Virus record (IMG/VR): IMGVR_UViG_2740892269_000011
Origin: a virus
Lineage: Duplodnaviria > Heunggongvirae > Uroviricota > Caudoviricetes
Direction: 5' to 3' (one strand)
DNA length: 6,645 nucleotides
Part shown: in pieces, positions 6,059 through 6,645 of the stretch
Layout of the letters: each line of letters starts with the position of its first letter
How positions within the stretch are numbered: the stretch's first letter is position 1
Translations under genes and position numbers: made by a program
Notes under the pieces: model-generated
What the model was told of the DNA's origin: nothing
Database searches by the model: none
Seen by the model: only the letters and a program-made list of their open reading frames with translations

Positions 6059-6645
6059 TATTTACTCCTTGCCGGGTCATAAGCCTGCCAGGTGATCTCG
6101 CCGAGCACCGGAAGCTCGGTCTCCCCCAGGTCAATATCCGATGAAGGGACGATTAACCGGTGGGCCACTTCACCAGCAGACAAACTGATGGCCTCACTGA
6201 TTCTGGACAGATACATACGCCCCTCTGGCACACCATCCCGTAACATCAGTGCATTCAGCTCTGCTTTTATTGCAGTCCTGATCTGCGGTGTGTCTTTCGA
6301 TAATGCAATCGTCATCGGGATGACTTTTTCTGTGGCACCGAATACATACAATCCGCTTCCGGCAACAGGTGCCAGAGGAAGGATGTGGTCCCTGACTGCG
6401 TTAATCACGCTTTCATCCGGGGCCGGGCGTTCCGGATCGTTTGTCGCCACCATCACGCCAACCGTTCCAGTGCCTTTCCAGTGTCTGAAAGTCCATGCAC
6501 GGTTAATACCCTGAACTTCTTTCGCCCAGATAACATAATCAGGGTCTGCGCCCCCGGTGATGCTGCCAACTTACTGATTTAGTGTATGATGGTGTTTTTG
6601 AGGTGCTCCAGTGGCTTCTGTTTCTATCAGCTGTCCCTCCTGTTC
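6058..6645 (-). CDS. Baseplate J-like protein (Mu gp47 / P2 gpJ family), C-terminal portion; 5' end beyond the window; in-frame TAA at 6573..6571
   Basis: C-terminal sequence …GGADPDYVIWAKEVQGINRAWTFRHWKGTGTVGVMVATNDPERPAPDESVINAVRDHILPLAPVAGSGLYVFGATEKVIPMTIALSKDT…LGEITWQAYDPARSK fits baseplate J C-termini. My manual translation shows the same frame open from the window edge (EQEGQLIETEATGAPQKHHHTLNQ) to a single TAA at 6573..6571, then the J-like sequence. Alternatively the gene is a truncated remnant starting at GTG 6570 or GTG 6456. Confidence 0.6.

Larger units (their letters stand above)
2073..6645 (-). mobile_element. Prophage remnant (tail/baseplate module, e14/Mu-like baseplate plus P2-like fibre and chaperone) adjacent to the ssrA integration hot spot; extends beyond the window
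   Basis: A run of tightly coupled phage tail genes on the minus strand with inactivating lesions, directly next to tmRNA, a known prophage attachment locus (for example CP4-57 in E. coli K-12). No integrase or att repeat is visible inside the window. Confidence 0.75.

Noticed and set aside
5581-6514. Plus-strand ORFs 5581..6144 (187 aa) and 6092..6514 (140 aa)
   Set aside because: Both are antisense to the YmfQ-like and baseplate J-like genes, with Arg/Ser/Pro/His-rich implausible translations and no RBS context.
1-6645. CRISPR arrays, IS elements or integrase genes
   Set aside because: No regularly spaced direct repeats, no transposase-like or integrase-like ORF, and no terminal inverted repeats were seen by eye.

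Overview
The window holds a conserved Escherichia/Shigella-type core locus, ratB-ratA (minus strand), smpB and ssrA/tmRNA (plus strand), followed from about 2073 to the window edge by a decayed prophage tail module on the minus strand, transcribed toward ssrA. Gene order on the minus strand is: baseplate J-like (partial, with an in-frame TAA), a YmfQ/Mu gp48-like tail protein, a P2 gpH-like tail fibre, a P2 gpG-like tail fibre assembly gene broken by an in-frame TAA, a second tail fibre whose lambda Stf-like N-terminal domain is out of frame with an unrecognised C-terminal module, and a terminal ORF of unrecognised family. No integrase lies between ssrA and the tail genes. I did not find a clearly novel system; the best leads are the unrecognised two-ORF module next to ssrA (2271..3549) and the pattern of discrete inactivating lesions. 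All homology statements come from reading the translations and recalled family signatures; no database search was run.
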